From Sphaerodactylus townsendi (taxonomy: Eukaryota): DNA of 64,000 nt. Location: contig NC_059427.1 of NCBI RefSeq assembly GCF_021028975.2, positions 7,564,001-7,628,000 on the forward strand. Reading direction: 5' to 3'. Each line of letters starts with the position of its first letter. The first letter of the stretch is position 1. A program made the translations under genes and the position numbers. The notes beneath the pieces are model-generated. The model was not told where the DNA came from. It saw only the letters and a program-made list of their open reading frames with translations, and did not search any database. Positions 25,771 through 38,521 of this stretch are shown piece by piece.

Positions 25771-26258
25771 AACTATAGTGTTGAGGCTGAAACCAAAGAA
25801 GAGCCTGCAAGCTTAATCCCAACTGCTCTGGGAGGCAGGATCGCTGTCCAAGTGTACAGTCAATAGCTCCTCCTGGGACCTTGAGAGCCCAGTCTCCTCA
25901 ACCTTCCCTCTGCAGGAAGATAATTGCTAAAAAAATGTGCCATAAGGGACTTCAGCAATGGCCCTTGCCAGAAACCAGGCTGCAACAAAGGTTGAGGCAG
26001 GAGGTGGAGGAAATAGGAGAAAAGACAGATGTCCGTTGAATATGTAGTGAGAGTTCACTGTGAGTTTCAGTGGGCTGGCCTGTTTTCAGGAATGCATCAT
26101 CCATCTAAGGGCCAGCCAGCCAGTTCAATAGAATTTAGCTATATGTGGATAACAGGGTTTCTAAATTAAAATACAGCCTACCTTTCTGTATGCTTTTGGT
26201 GTCTGTGTATGTGTGATACAGCCTGCTTTATAAATATTATTCTTCATTGTTCAGCAAA

Positions 26259-26557
26259 AGAAGAAGAGTATGGATTTTTATCCCCCCTTTTCTCTCCTCT
26301 AAGGAGACTCAAAGGGGCTTACAAACTCCTTTCCCCCCCCCCCCCCCCCACAACAAACACCCTGTGAGGTAGGTGGGCTGAGAGAACTCAGAAGAACTGT
26401 GACTAGCCCAAGGTCACCCAGCTGGCATGTGTTGAAGTGCACAAGCTGATCTTGGTATCCCAGATAAGCCTCCACAGCTCAAGTAGCAGAGCAGGGAATC
26501 AAACCTGGTCCCCCAGATTAGAGTACACCTGCTCTTAACCACTACACTATGCTGGCT
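26259..26557 (-). mobile_element. tRNA-derived SINE (Squam3-like)
   Basis: A-box/B-box head (GTGTAGTGGTTAAGAGC...GGTTTGATTCCC), (CTT)n tail, TCAGCAAA flanking duplication. Confidence 0.8.
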
Positions 26558-27117
26558 CAGCAAAGGCGAAGAGTATTTTTGTGGGGTGGAGAGTCCAACA
26601 ATCTCCATGACTGGTGGTTTATTCCAAGGTTTGCAGGTATAGACAGTGATCAATTGTATTTTCTACATGAAATTCTGAGGCCTTCCAAGGAAATGGCAGA
26701 CTGTGTGCTGATACTTAAAGGCTAAAGAGGATGTTTCTTATGCAGACCAGCCCTCTCCTCACAAAGGAAAACCTCTGTGCATGCTAAGAGGCATTATGTT
26801 CCCTTTAAAATTGCCACTTGATTGCTAAGGACGTCATTGCATCTTTTCAGTAGCAACCAGCACAAGCCATTCTGATGCCAGAGCAGAGAATTTGACTAAA
26901 CCTGGTGTTATACAAATACGCTGTCTGACCCTGGCATGTCATTCAGCTGGAATAACATCCACATCATTCATTGGGTCAGTGGCATATCTGTGTGTTGGGA
27001 GGGGAGACACTGCCTCACTTAACCACTGGTGATTAAGCCAAAACATAGGCAGGTTAGATTTGTGAAGTTCATTGGTATTTTTTAGAGTGTGTTTCTGTTT
27101 TGGCCTACAGGAAGGGC

Positions 27118-27732
27118 ACATTTTAAGGCTAGCAGTACCAAAATTTCAGGGATTTTTTGGGAGACTCCTGATGATATCACCCAGGTTTGGTGAGGTTTGG
27201 TTCAGAGTCTAAAGTTATGGATTCCCAAAGGGAGTGCCCCCATCCCCCATTGTTTCCAATGCGAGCTAATAGGAGATGCGGGCTACACCTTTGAGGGTCC
27301 ATAACTTTGGACCCCCTGAACCAAACTTCACCTGCTCCTGAGTAATGGCTATCAATAGAGTCTGACTTAAGATACTCTGAAATTTTGGTGCTGCTATCTT
27401 AATAATTGCACCCCTGGCAGCAGGCACCCCCTAAATTTCCCCAGATTCTCCTTTTAAATCCACCCCTTCCTGCCAATGCTTGTTTTCTTTCTTTCTTTTA
27501 TTTTCTCCAAGCCTAATGAAGGTTATCATTATTATTAAATCCACCCCCTTTGGCATGGATTTAAAGGGAGAATCCACCCCAAAACAGCATCACTTTCAAT
27601 GTTGTTTAAACTGGGGACCTCAGATTCTCCCTTTAAGGTGGATTTAAAAGGAGAATCTGGGCTCCCTAGTTTAAACACCATTGAAAATGATGCCGTTTGG
27701 GGGTGGATTCCAGCATCACTTGTTTAAACTAT
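27118..27732. repeat. Unclassified interspersed element with nested inverted repeats
   Basis: Long hairpin ~27120-27415 and repeated TTTAAATCCACC / GGAGAATCTGG / GTTTAAAC modules. Confidence 0.6.
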
Positions 27733-28895
27733 CTTCTTACTGGTTTAACATTATCCACTGGGATGATAAAAGATGCAGACTAACATCTTGTTGACAGGAC
27801 ACCTGCTGAAGAGGAAAGCTTTCAAAACCTGCAACATCATCCTGAACATGATTGCACAGAGGTAGGTCTCTCTGGATCAAGGTGACCAAACTGTGCTTGA
27901 CCCGAAGCTGTCTGTTTCATTGCTGTATTTGCCTATCAGAGATCTGACCTGACCTTTAGGGTGGTAGCAACTTTTAGTACCATGGACTCTGAACCAGCAA
28001 CTCAAAGACACCAAAAATGTATTAAAGAAAAGCACAAAAATAAAGTTTAAAACAGTGAAACACATCAAGGTACAAAACAATTGCAAAAATAGAATTACAA
28101 CCGTACATACCACAATGGAACTCTTAATGGAAAGGCACTAGTTGTCTCAAGTGTGTGTGCAGAGTGGAAACAGTAAGGGATGGAATCAGTAGGAAAGAGT
28201 TAATTAGCTAATTCTGATTAGCTGCAGCAAATGACCCTTGAATGATCAATGAGGGTACTTTATAATTAGAACATTCTAGGCTGTGAGCGACTTCACCCCT
28301 CCTATACAGGACAAAACTTTCCCAGGGTAGCTAGCTCCAACTGGATTAAATTAATGGAGCTGACACCATCCTTCTAACAAGGCACAGAGTACCCTCGAAC
28401 AGGTAACATGCTCACCCAATTAATAACATCCGCAGAGGCTGAAACACTCACCCAAGACTGGAAATGCTGGACAGTGCTTGTTACCCAATATGATACTTAG
28501 CAATGATGTATTTGATGATGATAATGCAGTTATGCACTCTTGTAATTCATGAGAGAGAGAGAAAAGATTTTTCTAAGTTTTAACTTTCAAAATGGACTCT
28601 CTTGACAGTGACCCTGCTTGGGTCCAGCCACATTCAGTCAATAGACATGCTCAAAAAACTGAGTCATGCTCAAAAAACTGAGTCATGGGTAAACTGGAGT
28701 GACTGGAGTGGGATCAAGTTTGGGAGGAGATTTCCTCGTTCATAGTAAAACTCTATGGAGAAGAAGAGTTGAAGTGTACTTCTGGTTTGAATCTGCAAAA
28801 GATCCTACCTACTGTGGGATGTACAGTCTTTAAATAGGGTGAGAAAGTACTGGCAACATGACAGAAGAATTCAAATTCAATTACAACAGCGATAA

Positions 28896-29426
28896 TGTAA
28901 CCTCAGCTTGTGGGTTCTGTGGGGCAGTACTTGGAAGGAGTTGCAAAGAACCAAATTTAAACAAAACAGTTTACTTCTCTTTACAAATAACATTAAACAT
29001 CAACATTTAACATTTAAATTCAAGGTCCTGTTCAGGTTGCATTTCAAGTCCTTCTAGTTACAGTCTACTGATACTGCCAAGTCCAATTCTTCTTTGCAAG
29101 TGGGTTGGCTCCTGAAGACTCCAAGGGCTTGATGAACAGGATGCAACATGATGAAGGTTTCCAGGAGAACTCTCACCCATTACAACCACAAAAAAGAAAC
29201 CCTGAAACAATAAACTCCAACATTTACAACATAGCAAAAACAAACAACTACCTTCCCAGTAGTTCCCAATAATATTGCAGTTTACCTTAACAAGGTGTTA
29301 AGGGCTTATAGAAATCAAGGTCCGAGTCTGGTAGCCTTGTCTTCTCCAAAGAGCTCTGCAGCCTTTCTGCTGCTCTGAGTCTCCACCCCCTTACTGGTTC
29401 AACCCATTCTGGGCATGGGGGTTACA
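28896..29426. mobile_element. Solo LTR, family A (Gypsy-like)
   Basis: TGTAAC...GTTACA termini; 4-bp TSD ATAA; second copy at 31778-32228. Confidence 0.9.
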
Positions 29427-29671
29427 ATAACACTTGTCAAAATTAAATTGTAGTCAGAAGGACCTTAGTTAAGAGTTCAATATAACATAACAGTTGCCAC
29501 ACTGGTCTTCACCACCAAAACCTATCAAACACAAGATAACAACAAATCTCGGTCTTTGACTTGCTCAGAAGCAGCAGCGGGGAACCAGGGAAAAAGAAAG
29601 GGAGACCAGGTCATGGTCTAGAGCTGACACCATCCTTCTAACAATGCACAGAGTAACCTTGAACAGGTAAC

Positions 29672-30078
29672 TGATAGCAGACTTGAGCGGTACTACTCAA
29701 AGTAGACAAGTGGCCACCTGTGGATAACTTGACATATACAGCAAGCTCCCACCTTCAGGAAGAAGAAATACTCCACACAGCAGATTCTTTCAAAAGAAGG
29801 CTTTTACCATAGAGTTGCTATATATACAAGACACTATATACAGAGTTTTCAAAACAGTCCAACAAAGTGCTCCGCCAGGCACTTGTTTCCCTAAGGAACA
29901 AAAGTACAGTACAGTGCTATTGCTTATATACATAGTTCCACCAATCATTGTAAAGGTCACTCGCAACTGGTTTGAACCGGTCTGCCTGCTGTTCTCCAGC
30001 TGTCAGATCATTCCTTTCCTTGATGGCTCATTCCTCTGCTGGATAGGATATGATAGTCATGATCTAACTGTCATGACA
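29672..30078 (-). mobile_element. Solo LTR, family B
   Basis: TG...CA termini; 5-bp TSD GTAAC; empty paralogous site at 28357-28417. Confidence 0.85.
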
Positions 30079-30879
30079 GTAACATGCTCACCCAGAGGCG
30101 GAGCTATAATAACAGGGACATATGGAGACAAATGTTCCTGCATGGCAGGAACTTGATGGCCTTTGTGGTCTCTTCCAACTCTATGATTCCATGCAGAGGC
30201 AGAGGTATAACCAAGCAGGGTGGGGACAAATGCCCCGGGCAGGCCGCTGTTGGGTTACATGGGGGGGGGGGTGGAAAATCGCCCCCCCCAGACCCCTCCT
30301 TCCCCCCTTGGCCAGGCTTGGCCCCTCGCCTAGACTTTTCTGCACCTCTCAGCCCCATGGACCCTCTGTTGGTTGAAGGAACAGCCTGGCGGCGCCACCG
30401 TCTTACACCCCTCAGACCCACCAGGCTGCCCGAGACTGCTGCCGCGCCATTGCCCCCTTCAAGGCCAGGAATGAAGACATTTTGCACGTCCTTGGGTACT
30501 TGAGTTCCATAAAATGCTGTTCTCACCTCACTGTTCTGTTGTTCTGTTAAACTGTGGGTAGATGTGCCAGAGGTGGGGAATGCAGGGGGAGTTGTTTGTT
30601 TGGGATAAATGTGTGGGCAGAAGCCAGCAACTTCAGTTCAATAAAGTTCAATAAAGACCCAGTTCAGTAAAGACTTCTGGACCTTTCATAGGCCCTTTCC
30701 CCGTGGGCCTGGCGAACAGGGGTACACTGGCACATGATCCCCCGGGGCCGTTTGCACAGTGCTCTGTGATTGGTCCCAGTGCCCCAGGGAAGGCGGCAAC
30801 GGATGGCTATAGGTGGTGGAGGGTGGCAAGAGATGGGAAGGGATGGGGAAAATGGGAAGTGGTGGAGGAGGGAGGGAAG

Positions 30880-31112
30880 GCCTCTGCCACTTGAGCTATG
30901 GAGGCTTATCTGGTGAACCAGATTAGCTTGTGCACTCCAACACATGCCAACTGGGTGACCTTGGGCTAGTCACAGTTCTTCTGAGCTCTCTCAGCCCCAC
31001 CCACCTCACAGGGTGTTTGTTGTGGAGAGAGGAAGGGAAAGAAGCTTGTAAAGCCACCTTGAGTCTCCTTACAGGAGAGAAAGGTGGGGTATAAATCCAA
31101 CTCTTCTTCTTC
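30880..31112 (+). mobile_element. 5'-truncated tRNA-derived SINE
   Basis: Reverse-complement homolog of 26259-26557, with (CTT)n tail. Confidence 0.8.
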
Positions 31113-31377
31113 TTTTCCAGGCGTCATGCGATGAGAGCGGGTTTTTCATCAAAAGAGAGAATACATTTTGGAACTATGGAGTCCAACAAGTTACCATCCT
31201 AGATATACCTGAGCCATTTTGCTTGCATGGGGATAGGGAGCAAAGGGGTTTTTTTTTTCCCCATCACCGGTCCCTTTTTCATCATTTCACCAGCTGGTCT
31301 CTCGTGCAATGGGGCCATCATAGGAAGCTGCCCCCAGATTTGTTCTGTGCTTACTTCTGGGACTGGCTGTTGGAGGG

Positions 31378-31397
31378 AACTACATTTCCTAGAAGGC
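31378..31397 (+). promoter_or_regulatory. ZNF143/THAP11-type (ACTACA..TCCCA) promoter motif of ZNF-3
   Basis: AACTACATTTCCTAGAAGGC (one mismatch to the motif) in a CpG-rich region upstream of the first coding exon. Confidence 0.65.
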
Positions 31398-31496
31398 CTT
31401 GCGAGCACCAGAGAAGTTAATCTTGCATTTCCCAGGCGTCGTGTAACGGAGGCGGGATTTTCATCGAGGGGAAAAAGGAGATTTGGGGGCTATGGA

Positions 31497-31577
31497 ATGC
31501 CGCAGGGTCTCTCCCCTTTCTGGTTCCCCCCCCCCCGGCAGGAGGAAGAATCTGACTTTGACGCTCCGGAGGAGAAG
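31497..31577 (+). CDS. ZNF-3 exon 1 (coding part)
   Basis: 81 bp from ATG 31497 to donor AAG|GTGAGT, phase 0; the homologous ATG at 31492 is out of frame by one base across a C11 run. Confidence 0.6.
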
Positions 31578-31777
31578 GTGAGTGAAGCAGATCTTGGGCC
31601 AGAAGAGGGGAGGGGAGAGAAGACCCGCACCCAATAAGGAGCAGCAGCGCGAGACCGGCTCCCCGGGCAGGATCTGGGCTTGGAACTAACCCGGGCTTCC
31701 TTTGTTCTCAGCCCCACTCCCCCGTTATGCCGCCCGGTGGAAAACCAAAAGGGAAAACCTTTAAACAGTTTTCCTTA

Positions 31778-32228
31778 CGTAACCTCAGCTTGTGGGTTCT
31801 GTGGGGCAGTACTTGGAAGGAGTTGCAAAGAACCAAAATTTAAACAAAAACAGTTTACTTCTCTTTACAAATAACATTAAACATCAACATTTAACATTTA
31901 CAATTCAAGGTCCTGTTCAGGTTTGCATTTCAAGTCCTTATATTTACAGTCTACTGATATTGCCAAGTCCAATTCTTCTTTGCTGGTGGTTGGTTTTGAA
32001 GACTTCAAAGGCTTGGTGAACGGGATTCAAGATGATGAAGGTTCCCAGAAAACTCTCACCATTTTCATACACAAAAACCCTGAAACAAGGTGTTAAGGGC
32101 TTAATAAAATCAATCAAGGTCCCAGCCTGGTAGTCTCGCTTCCTCCAACCTCATGAGTTCTGCAGCATTCTGCTTCTTTTCAGACTCCACCCCTTTCTGG
32201 GTCATCCCATTCTGACACAGGGGTTACA
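31778..32228. mobile_element. Solo LTR, family A, in ZNF-3 intron 1
   Basis: CGTAAC...GTTACA termini; 4-bp TSD CTTA; absent at the paralogous site ~46545. Confidence 0.9.
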
Positions 32229-32512
32229 CTTACTCCTATGGGATGCTCTTTGGATATCAGGCTGTGCCGGGGGCTGGCTAGTAAAGCTGCGTGACACGGA
32301 GGGAAGGAAGCCGCTCTAAAGCTACTGTGCGGACAAGGCGCGCCGGATCTGGAGCTGCGGAAATAGATGCTCCAGTAAGCCTAAAAGCCAGCGGAGAGAA
32401 GTCAGGACAATCGCCGAGTTGCAAGACTGCTAAATAGTTCTGTGGTTTTTCCCCCCCCAAAAAAAGTACTGGGACGGTGGATCATGCTCTCCCTGAGAAT
32501 CAAACTCTAAAC

Positions 32513-32631
32513 CACAGGTGTCAAACTCGCGGCCCTCCAGATGTCATGGACTACAGTTCCCATCATCCCCTGCCAGCATGATGGGAACTGTAGTCCATAA
32601 CATCTGGAGGGCCGCGAGTTTGACACCTGTG
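32513..32631. mobile_element. hAT MITE
   Basis: CACAGGTGTCAAAC / GTTTGACACCTGTG arms; 8-bp TSD CTCTAAAC. Confidence 0.93.
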
Positions 32632-32908
32632 CTCTAAACAAAGCCTTGCCTTTGAATCCCGATTGGGGTAGGCTAAGGTTGTTCAGCTGTGATCGGCAGA
32701 GGTGTTTTATTTGCTATACAAGCTGCAGAATTGATGGGGGAGGGATAGGGCTTTTCAGGGATCTGCACTGACTCCAGTTAAGTAAGGCCACTAGTCATGG
32801 TTTTCTTGGCCTGGGGACCACAATCTCTGTTTCTGAGGTCCTTTTGGCAAAGAGGAAGGATGACACTGAAACACCCCCACCCCCACCACCCCCGATCAAT
32901 TCCTCCTT

Positions 32909-33113
32909 AGGGTTGCCAGTTCTGGGTTGAGAAATTCCTACAGATTCGGGGGTGGAGCCTTGGGGTTTGGGTAAAGAAACAATCTCGGCAGGGTATAATG
33001 CCAGAGGGTCCACTCTCCAAAGCTGCCATTTTCTCCAGGAGAATTTATTGTTATCTGGAAATCAGTTTTAATTCTAGGTAATTTATAGCCGCCATCTGCA
33101 CACAGGCAACCCT
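32909..33113. mobile_element. MITE with AGGGTTGCC / GGCAACCCT ends
   Basis: Terminal inverted repeats; related copies at ~443-545, 1150-1275, 2410-2605 and 17758-17957. Confidence 0.65.
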
Positions 33114-33772
33114 AGGTGCACTGGAAGAAATGGCTGTCTGGAGACTGAAGTCAATGGTATTAATGTATCTTTCGGTAAAGTTGCCTGTCTGTGGGCATTA
33201 ACCAGACTCTGATATTGATAATAGTAGTCTTTATTGATAAGTCTCAGCAAACCAGGGTACCAAACTGTTCATAGCCAGATCTGAAAAGCACAGGAAGAGC
33301 TAAAGAAGATACAGGGTCAGCTCAAGCCCCCCTGCCCCCCGCCCCCCCCCCCCACAATTGACCTTAATTAGGTCGGTTGATGTCTGCAGAGCTGGAGGCA
33401 AGCTTTAGAGAAACACAGAATGCCTCTTCAGACAAAATTGTTTCAAGCAGAAACTTTCTGAAGAAAAGCATTATTATGTATTTCTGCCATTAAACATGCA
33501 AGACAGCATAGTAGACTGGTACTACAGTGGTATACAGTCAGTTAGGGTTTTTCCTTTAATTGGACTTGACCAAGAGAACCTTAATTCTGTGCAGTTTTCT
33601 GAACTTGTATTTCTTGGGGACTTTCATTATACTATAACTATCAAAAGCTAAAAAAACTGAAGCAATTTCCCTTGCTGTTATGTTAATTAGTTGACTGGCC
33701 AATGGAATCCTTGTTCATTCTTGAATGTTTTAGGACAGGCGTCAGTCATCTGATAATATTTTCCCCTTTCAG

Positions 33773-33893
33773 AGATCCTTTGAGGAGGTAGCTGTGTGCT
33801 TTACAGAGGAGGAATGGTCTCTGCTGGATCCAGGCCAAAGAAAACTCTTCTGGGAAGTAATGGAGGAAATGTACGAGTCCATGGCCTCTCTGA
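33773..33893 (+). CDS. ZNF-3 KRAB-A exon 1
   Basis: 121 bp, TTTCAG|...A|GTAAG, phase 0-1; [34 protein letters not shown]. Confidence 0.85.
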
Positions 33894-34230
33894 GTAAGGA
33901 TATTTTCACTTTTATTGTGATTACAGAAGACAAAGGAAAGGATGGTGTCTCCCACTGATTTCAGGGGATGCTTCCTTTTGCCCCAGAGGAAAGAACCAAA
34001 TTCCCACACCTGGAGATCTCATAGTGCCTGGGAATGAAAGCATTAAATACTTAGATGTTGTACAGAGAAATCTGCTGATAAAGAGGGCTCTGGCTTGGAG
34101 AGACTGACAATATCCAGTCAGCTTCCTGCTAGCAAATCCTTGCAGCTCCAGTTTTCTTCTTCAGCCTTTCTATTTCGGCATTGTGTGGTTCTCCAGTAGT
34201 CCTTTATTGAGTGAGGCTGATGGGAGACTT

Positions 34231-35110
34231 TTGAACGTCTTTTTCCTGGCGCATCAGGCCATGAAGCTGGCTGTGTTTAACTGTCATCCTTAGAATGTTC
34301 GTTCAGCCTGTCTGTCTGTGGCCTGAGGGCTTGGTATGCTCTTAGAATGTTCACTCAGATGGCCACAGATGAGCAGTGAAAACAGTAAATAGGTAATACT
34401 GTTAGGTAATACGAGTGGAAGTGAAACACATACACACTTTGCCGTGTGAGACATCAGGTGGGGTTCCTCCCCTCACACACTGGTAACTTTCACTCTCTGT
34501 GCCTCACCCACTGCTACCACACAACACACATACTCTCATACACATCCAGCTCATCCTCACACACCTCACTCTGCCCTCCCGCACGTCCAACCACCACTTA
34601 CCCACTTCCTCACCCATATTCGCCACGGCTCTCTTTTACTAAAAGCGAGCTGGAGTTTGCCTTTTTCTTCTAAGAAAATCCACAGGGTGGGGGCGAACCA
34701 ACACTGCCGGCTCCGCTTCTTTTGCACGTGGCCCCCTTTAAGAACCCAGGGAGCCTGGCCTCGATCTGAAAGCGCCTCACCCTGCCCTCTGCTGCCTGAC
34801 TAGGGATCGGGCCCTGGGCTTGCCCCAGTTCTGCCTTACCCAAGCCAGGACTGTGCGTGTCAACCAGCCTCATGGACAACGGGATTCGCATTCTGGACAG
34901 TTCCGTTGTGGAATGGGAAGGGTTACCTTATACTAAAAAAACAAGACAGCACCATATAACGATGTGCATTGAAAAGGGAAAGAGGGATTCCATTTGACCA
35001 CCCGAAAAGGCTATGCTGGGGATCATTGGACCTGCATGGACATCTGTGTGGGTTGCGGACTGTGATGAGAAGGACAATTGCCCCAGCAACGTGTGGCCAG
35101 GCCCGCTAGT
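34231..35110 (+). mobile_element. Helitron-like non-autonomous element
   Basis: Absent from the paralogous intron (~47730); ends in hairpin GCCCCAGCAACGTGTGGC followed by CTAG|T. Confidence 0.55.
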
Positions 35111-35402
35111 AGAAATATAAAGTTAGAAGAGACCACAAAGGTCATTGGGTCCAACCCCCTGCCATGCAGGAACAGGCAATTAAAGCACTCCCAACAGATG
35201 GCCGTCCAGCCTCTGTTTAAAAACTTCCAGAGAAGGTCTTTTCTTATTATTGTGGAATAAGCCTTCTCAGTAGCAAAATGTTCTTAATGTAGCAAATGGG
35301 AGGAAAGTTTGTATTGAGTACTTCACATTAGTGAAGCAGAGAAAGGAAGAAAGAAGATGTACATAGGAAGCTGCCCCACACAGTGACAAACTATCAGGGG
35401 AA

Positions 35403-35652
35403 TGTATTGTCGAAGGCTCTCATGGCTGGATTCAACTGGTTGTTGTGGGTTTTCCAGGCTGTGTGGCCATGGTCTGGTAATCTTATTCCTAACGTTTTGC
35501 CTGCATCTGTGGCTGGCATCTTCAGAGGTGTATCACAGAGACTTCGCTTGGTGATACACCTCTGAAAACGCCAGCCACAGATGCAGGCGGAACATTAGGA
35601 ACAAGTTCTACCAGACCACAGCCACGTAGTCCAGAAAACCCACAACAACCAG
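35403..35652. mobile_element. Penelope-like inverted terminal pair
   Basis: Two inverted arms; 10-bp TSD ATCA(G/A)GGGAA; empty site in the paralog at ~48850. Confidence 0.85.
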
Positions 35653-35818
35653 ATCAAGGGAACCTTCACTTCTTTGTTCCCAAATAATTTGGAGCCTTTT
35701 AAATTCCATTTAGGTGTAGTCGCATGGAACTACATTTCCAAGAAGACCTTACAAGCACCAGAGAGGTCAACTCTTAACTGCTTTAGAAGTTCACAGAGCA
35801 TTCTTTTCTTTGCTTGAG

Positions 35819-35916
35819 GTGCAGAAGGAAAAATATGGAATGTGGAATTCCACGGGGCCTCTCTTCTTTCTTGTTTCCCACAACTGGAGGGAGAATTTTG
35901 TACCTCTGCAGGAAAG
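35819..35916 (+). CDS. ZNF-3 inter-KRAB linker exon, derived from duplicated exon 1
   Basis: 98 bp (92 bp from the alternative CAG at 35824), phase 1-0, donor AAG|GTGAGT, open frame AEGKIWNVEFHGASLLSCFPQLEGEFCTSAGK. Confidence 0.65.
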
Positions 35917-37576
35917 GTGAGTTTAGGATTTCCTCAGCCGCTCTTAGGCAAAAATAGTGGAGGGGAGAGAAGATGTATGAAGAAGAGGGAAAGGTGGCCA
36001 GAGAGAATAAGGGAGTGGTTTTCAAGGCAGAATTTGTGGAATGCGGAAGGCCATTTGTTTTCACTTGATAAATTTGTTTCAGGCAACTAGCTAAGGCTTG
36101 TTTTTTCTTAATAGCTAAATGGACCCCAGCAGCCTTCGCTGTTTGTTGTGACTGGCTTCCATAGTTCACTGCATCTGCAGTGTTCTTTTTTGCACACTTC
36201 AAGGGCTAAGCCCAAAAGAGGCCACATTTTGCCCCTATAATGGAAGTATTTAAAAGACCTACTGTTTTTTGTGGAGAGTGTGATTCCAGTTAGCGTCACC
36301 TTCAAGAAGATCTCTAAACTGGAAAATGGTCTCAAAATTACAATGGAGGGGATCTACTCCACCTTTCCTGTCTGTTCTTCTCCACCTTTCTGGCTTCTTA
36401 GGAGTAAACTGTTGCTTTCATTGCAAAAGACAGAGCAATATTCTGGGGCTAATGTGGGCCAGGATGTTTCTGTTCCCTTAATTTCTGGCATTGCAGTTCC
36501 CACTATCCTTCTGATGCTGGTGACCAATTTTGAGACTCCTTGCTTTCATTTTGTTATTGTAGATAGAATTAACCCCCCCTACTGCCACTTTGGCAATTTG
36601 TCTGCAGTCCTTATTATTAACTCCTAACTATTATTACTAACTAATTATTAACTAAAGAGGTCTTCAGCATAAACAGATGCATAAATTGAATTGTTATTAT
36701 TAATAATAATTAATATAACAGCATTACATCATAAAAATCTTAAATTGTCTGCAATATGTTAGTCTTTGCCTTAAACAGCTTGTGTGCAACCCAAAATCTC
36801 TTGGGGTGATGACGTAATTTACTTGCAATCCAAATGTATGTTGTACAAACTGCAGTCATTCCACAACTCACAAAGATCTGGAAGGGTCTCTGAGGCAACT
36901 CTTTTGTGCAAGCTGTTTGTGTGCCCTGCATTCCTTATCTGTCACTAGATGTAAGCTTTAGGGTAACACAGAATGCCACTGCAAAGAAAAATGTTTAAAG
37001 CAGAAACCTTCTTTGGAAAAACAATGTATGTGTATTTCTAGAGATGCAAAAGGAGGTATTCCTAGGGTGAAATATGCAAGATACTATAGTAGGTACTACA
37101 GTCTTTTCCACCAAAAGATAAAATGTTATATTAATCTGCCACATCTTGGACCTTCTTTATTCTAGAATACTCCACTTAGGTCCTAGTCACTTGGAGACAG
37201 AACTAGGTAGGCACTAGGACTGAAGCAGATAATTCTAGAACAAAGGCCCAACATGTGGCAAATTAATACACAATTCTACCTTTATCTTTCACTGGAAAAG
37301 AGTATAGTACAGTCAATTGGGGGTTTTTCACATTTTTTTGGATGTGAGTTGTAAGGGAATTTGACCAACAGAAGTACTGTGCAATTTCAGAGTTTCTACT
37401 TCTTAAAGAGCATATTATAACTGTCAGACTCTGAAAACAAAACAGAGAATGCAATTTCCCTTGCCATCAATTTGATGTGTAGCGTTCTTTTAATCAATTG
37501 ACTGATCGATGAGATTCTTCTTTCTGTTTTGAATGCTTGGGGATCGGCATATTTTGGCCATATTTTTTTCTTTCAG

Positions 37577-37706
37577 AGATCCTTAGTTTCCTTTGAGGAG
37601 GTAGCTGTGTTCTTCACGGAGGAGGAATGGGCTTTGCTGGATCCAGGCCAAAGAAAACTCCTTTGGGAAGTAATGGAGGAAAACTGTGAGACCGTGGCCT
37701 CTCTGG
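37577..37706 (+). CDS. ZNF-3 KRAB-A exon 2
   Basis: 130 bp, phase 0-1; [37 protein letters not shown]. Confidence 0.9.
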
Positions 37707-38065
37707 GTAAGGATCTTTGTGCTTTCATAGTAATCACAGAAGAGAAGTGAGGGGTGGCATCTTCCTTGGAACCTGTTTGATTACAGGACATACTTGCCTT
37801 TGCCAGAGAGGCAACAATGGAGCTTCCACAACCAAGGATCTTACAGCACCTGAAAAAGAAAGAATAAAATATATTGATGCTGTCTAGACAAATGTGACAA
37901 CGAAGAGAGCTATGACTTGGAGAGATGGATGATATCCACTCATGTTCCTGCTAACAAGTCTTTTTGGTTTCTGTTCTCTTTTTGTCCTTTCCATTTTGAC
38001 ATGGAGCGGCTCTCCCACAGACCTTTGTTCGGGTGAGGAAAGTTCATAGGATGAGATCTGGAATA

Positions 38066-38423
38066 TGTGTTGTCGAAGGCTTTCGCGGCCAGAATCACTG
38101 GGTTGTTGTGTGGTTTCTGGGCTGTATGGCCATATTCTAGTAGCATTTTCTCCTGAGGTTTTGCCTGGATCTGTGGCTGACATCTTCAGAGGATCCTCCC
38201 AAGGAATTCCAGAAAGGCGAAGAGAGCCTTTTTCTTCAAAACAACACACCCTTTTTAAGCCTCTAGTGAAGTGAAGCAAATTTAACATATAAAACAAAGA
38301 TGTATTGAACATAAAGATGGAATTAGGAGATATTTCAACAAAATGGAAATTGGGGGGCTGTGTGGTTTCCGGGCTGTATAGCCCAGCACCCCAGTGATTC
38401 CGGCCATGAAAGCCTTCGACAAT
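38066..38423. mobile_element. Penelope-like termini flanking an insertion
   Basis: Terminus on - strand at 38066-38192 and on + strand at 38355-38423. Confidence 0.7.
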
Positions 38424-38521
38424 AGAATGGAAATTATTTAGGAGTAAACAATGTACAATCTTTGGTTTCAGTTGCAGGCACAGGATTTTATCAAGCTTTG
38501 TAGGTTTCTCAGTTTCTTACA

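Noticed and set aside
26480-26557. tRNA-like sequence (and the tRNA-Leu-like 3' end at 57051-57069)
   Set aside because: SINE head and retrotransposon primer-binding site respectively; no full cloverleaf
28896-32228. Two LTRs as the ends of one retrotransposon that captured the ZNF-3 promoter
   Set aside because: Each LTR has its own TSD (ATAA versus CTTA), and there is no PBS or internal coding sequence
36271-36627. Similar ORFs at 36271-36627 and 51096-51416 suggesting a conserved small gene
   Set aside because: Similarity follows from the segmental duplication; starts and ends differ and there is no recognisable domain
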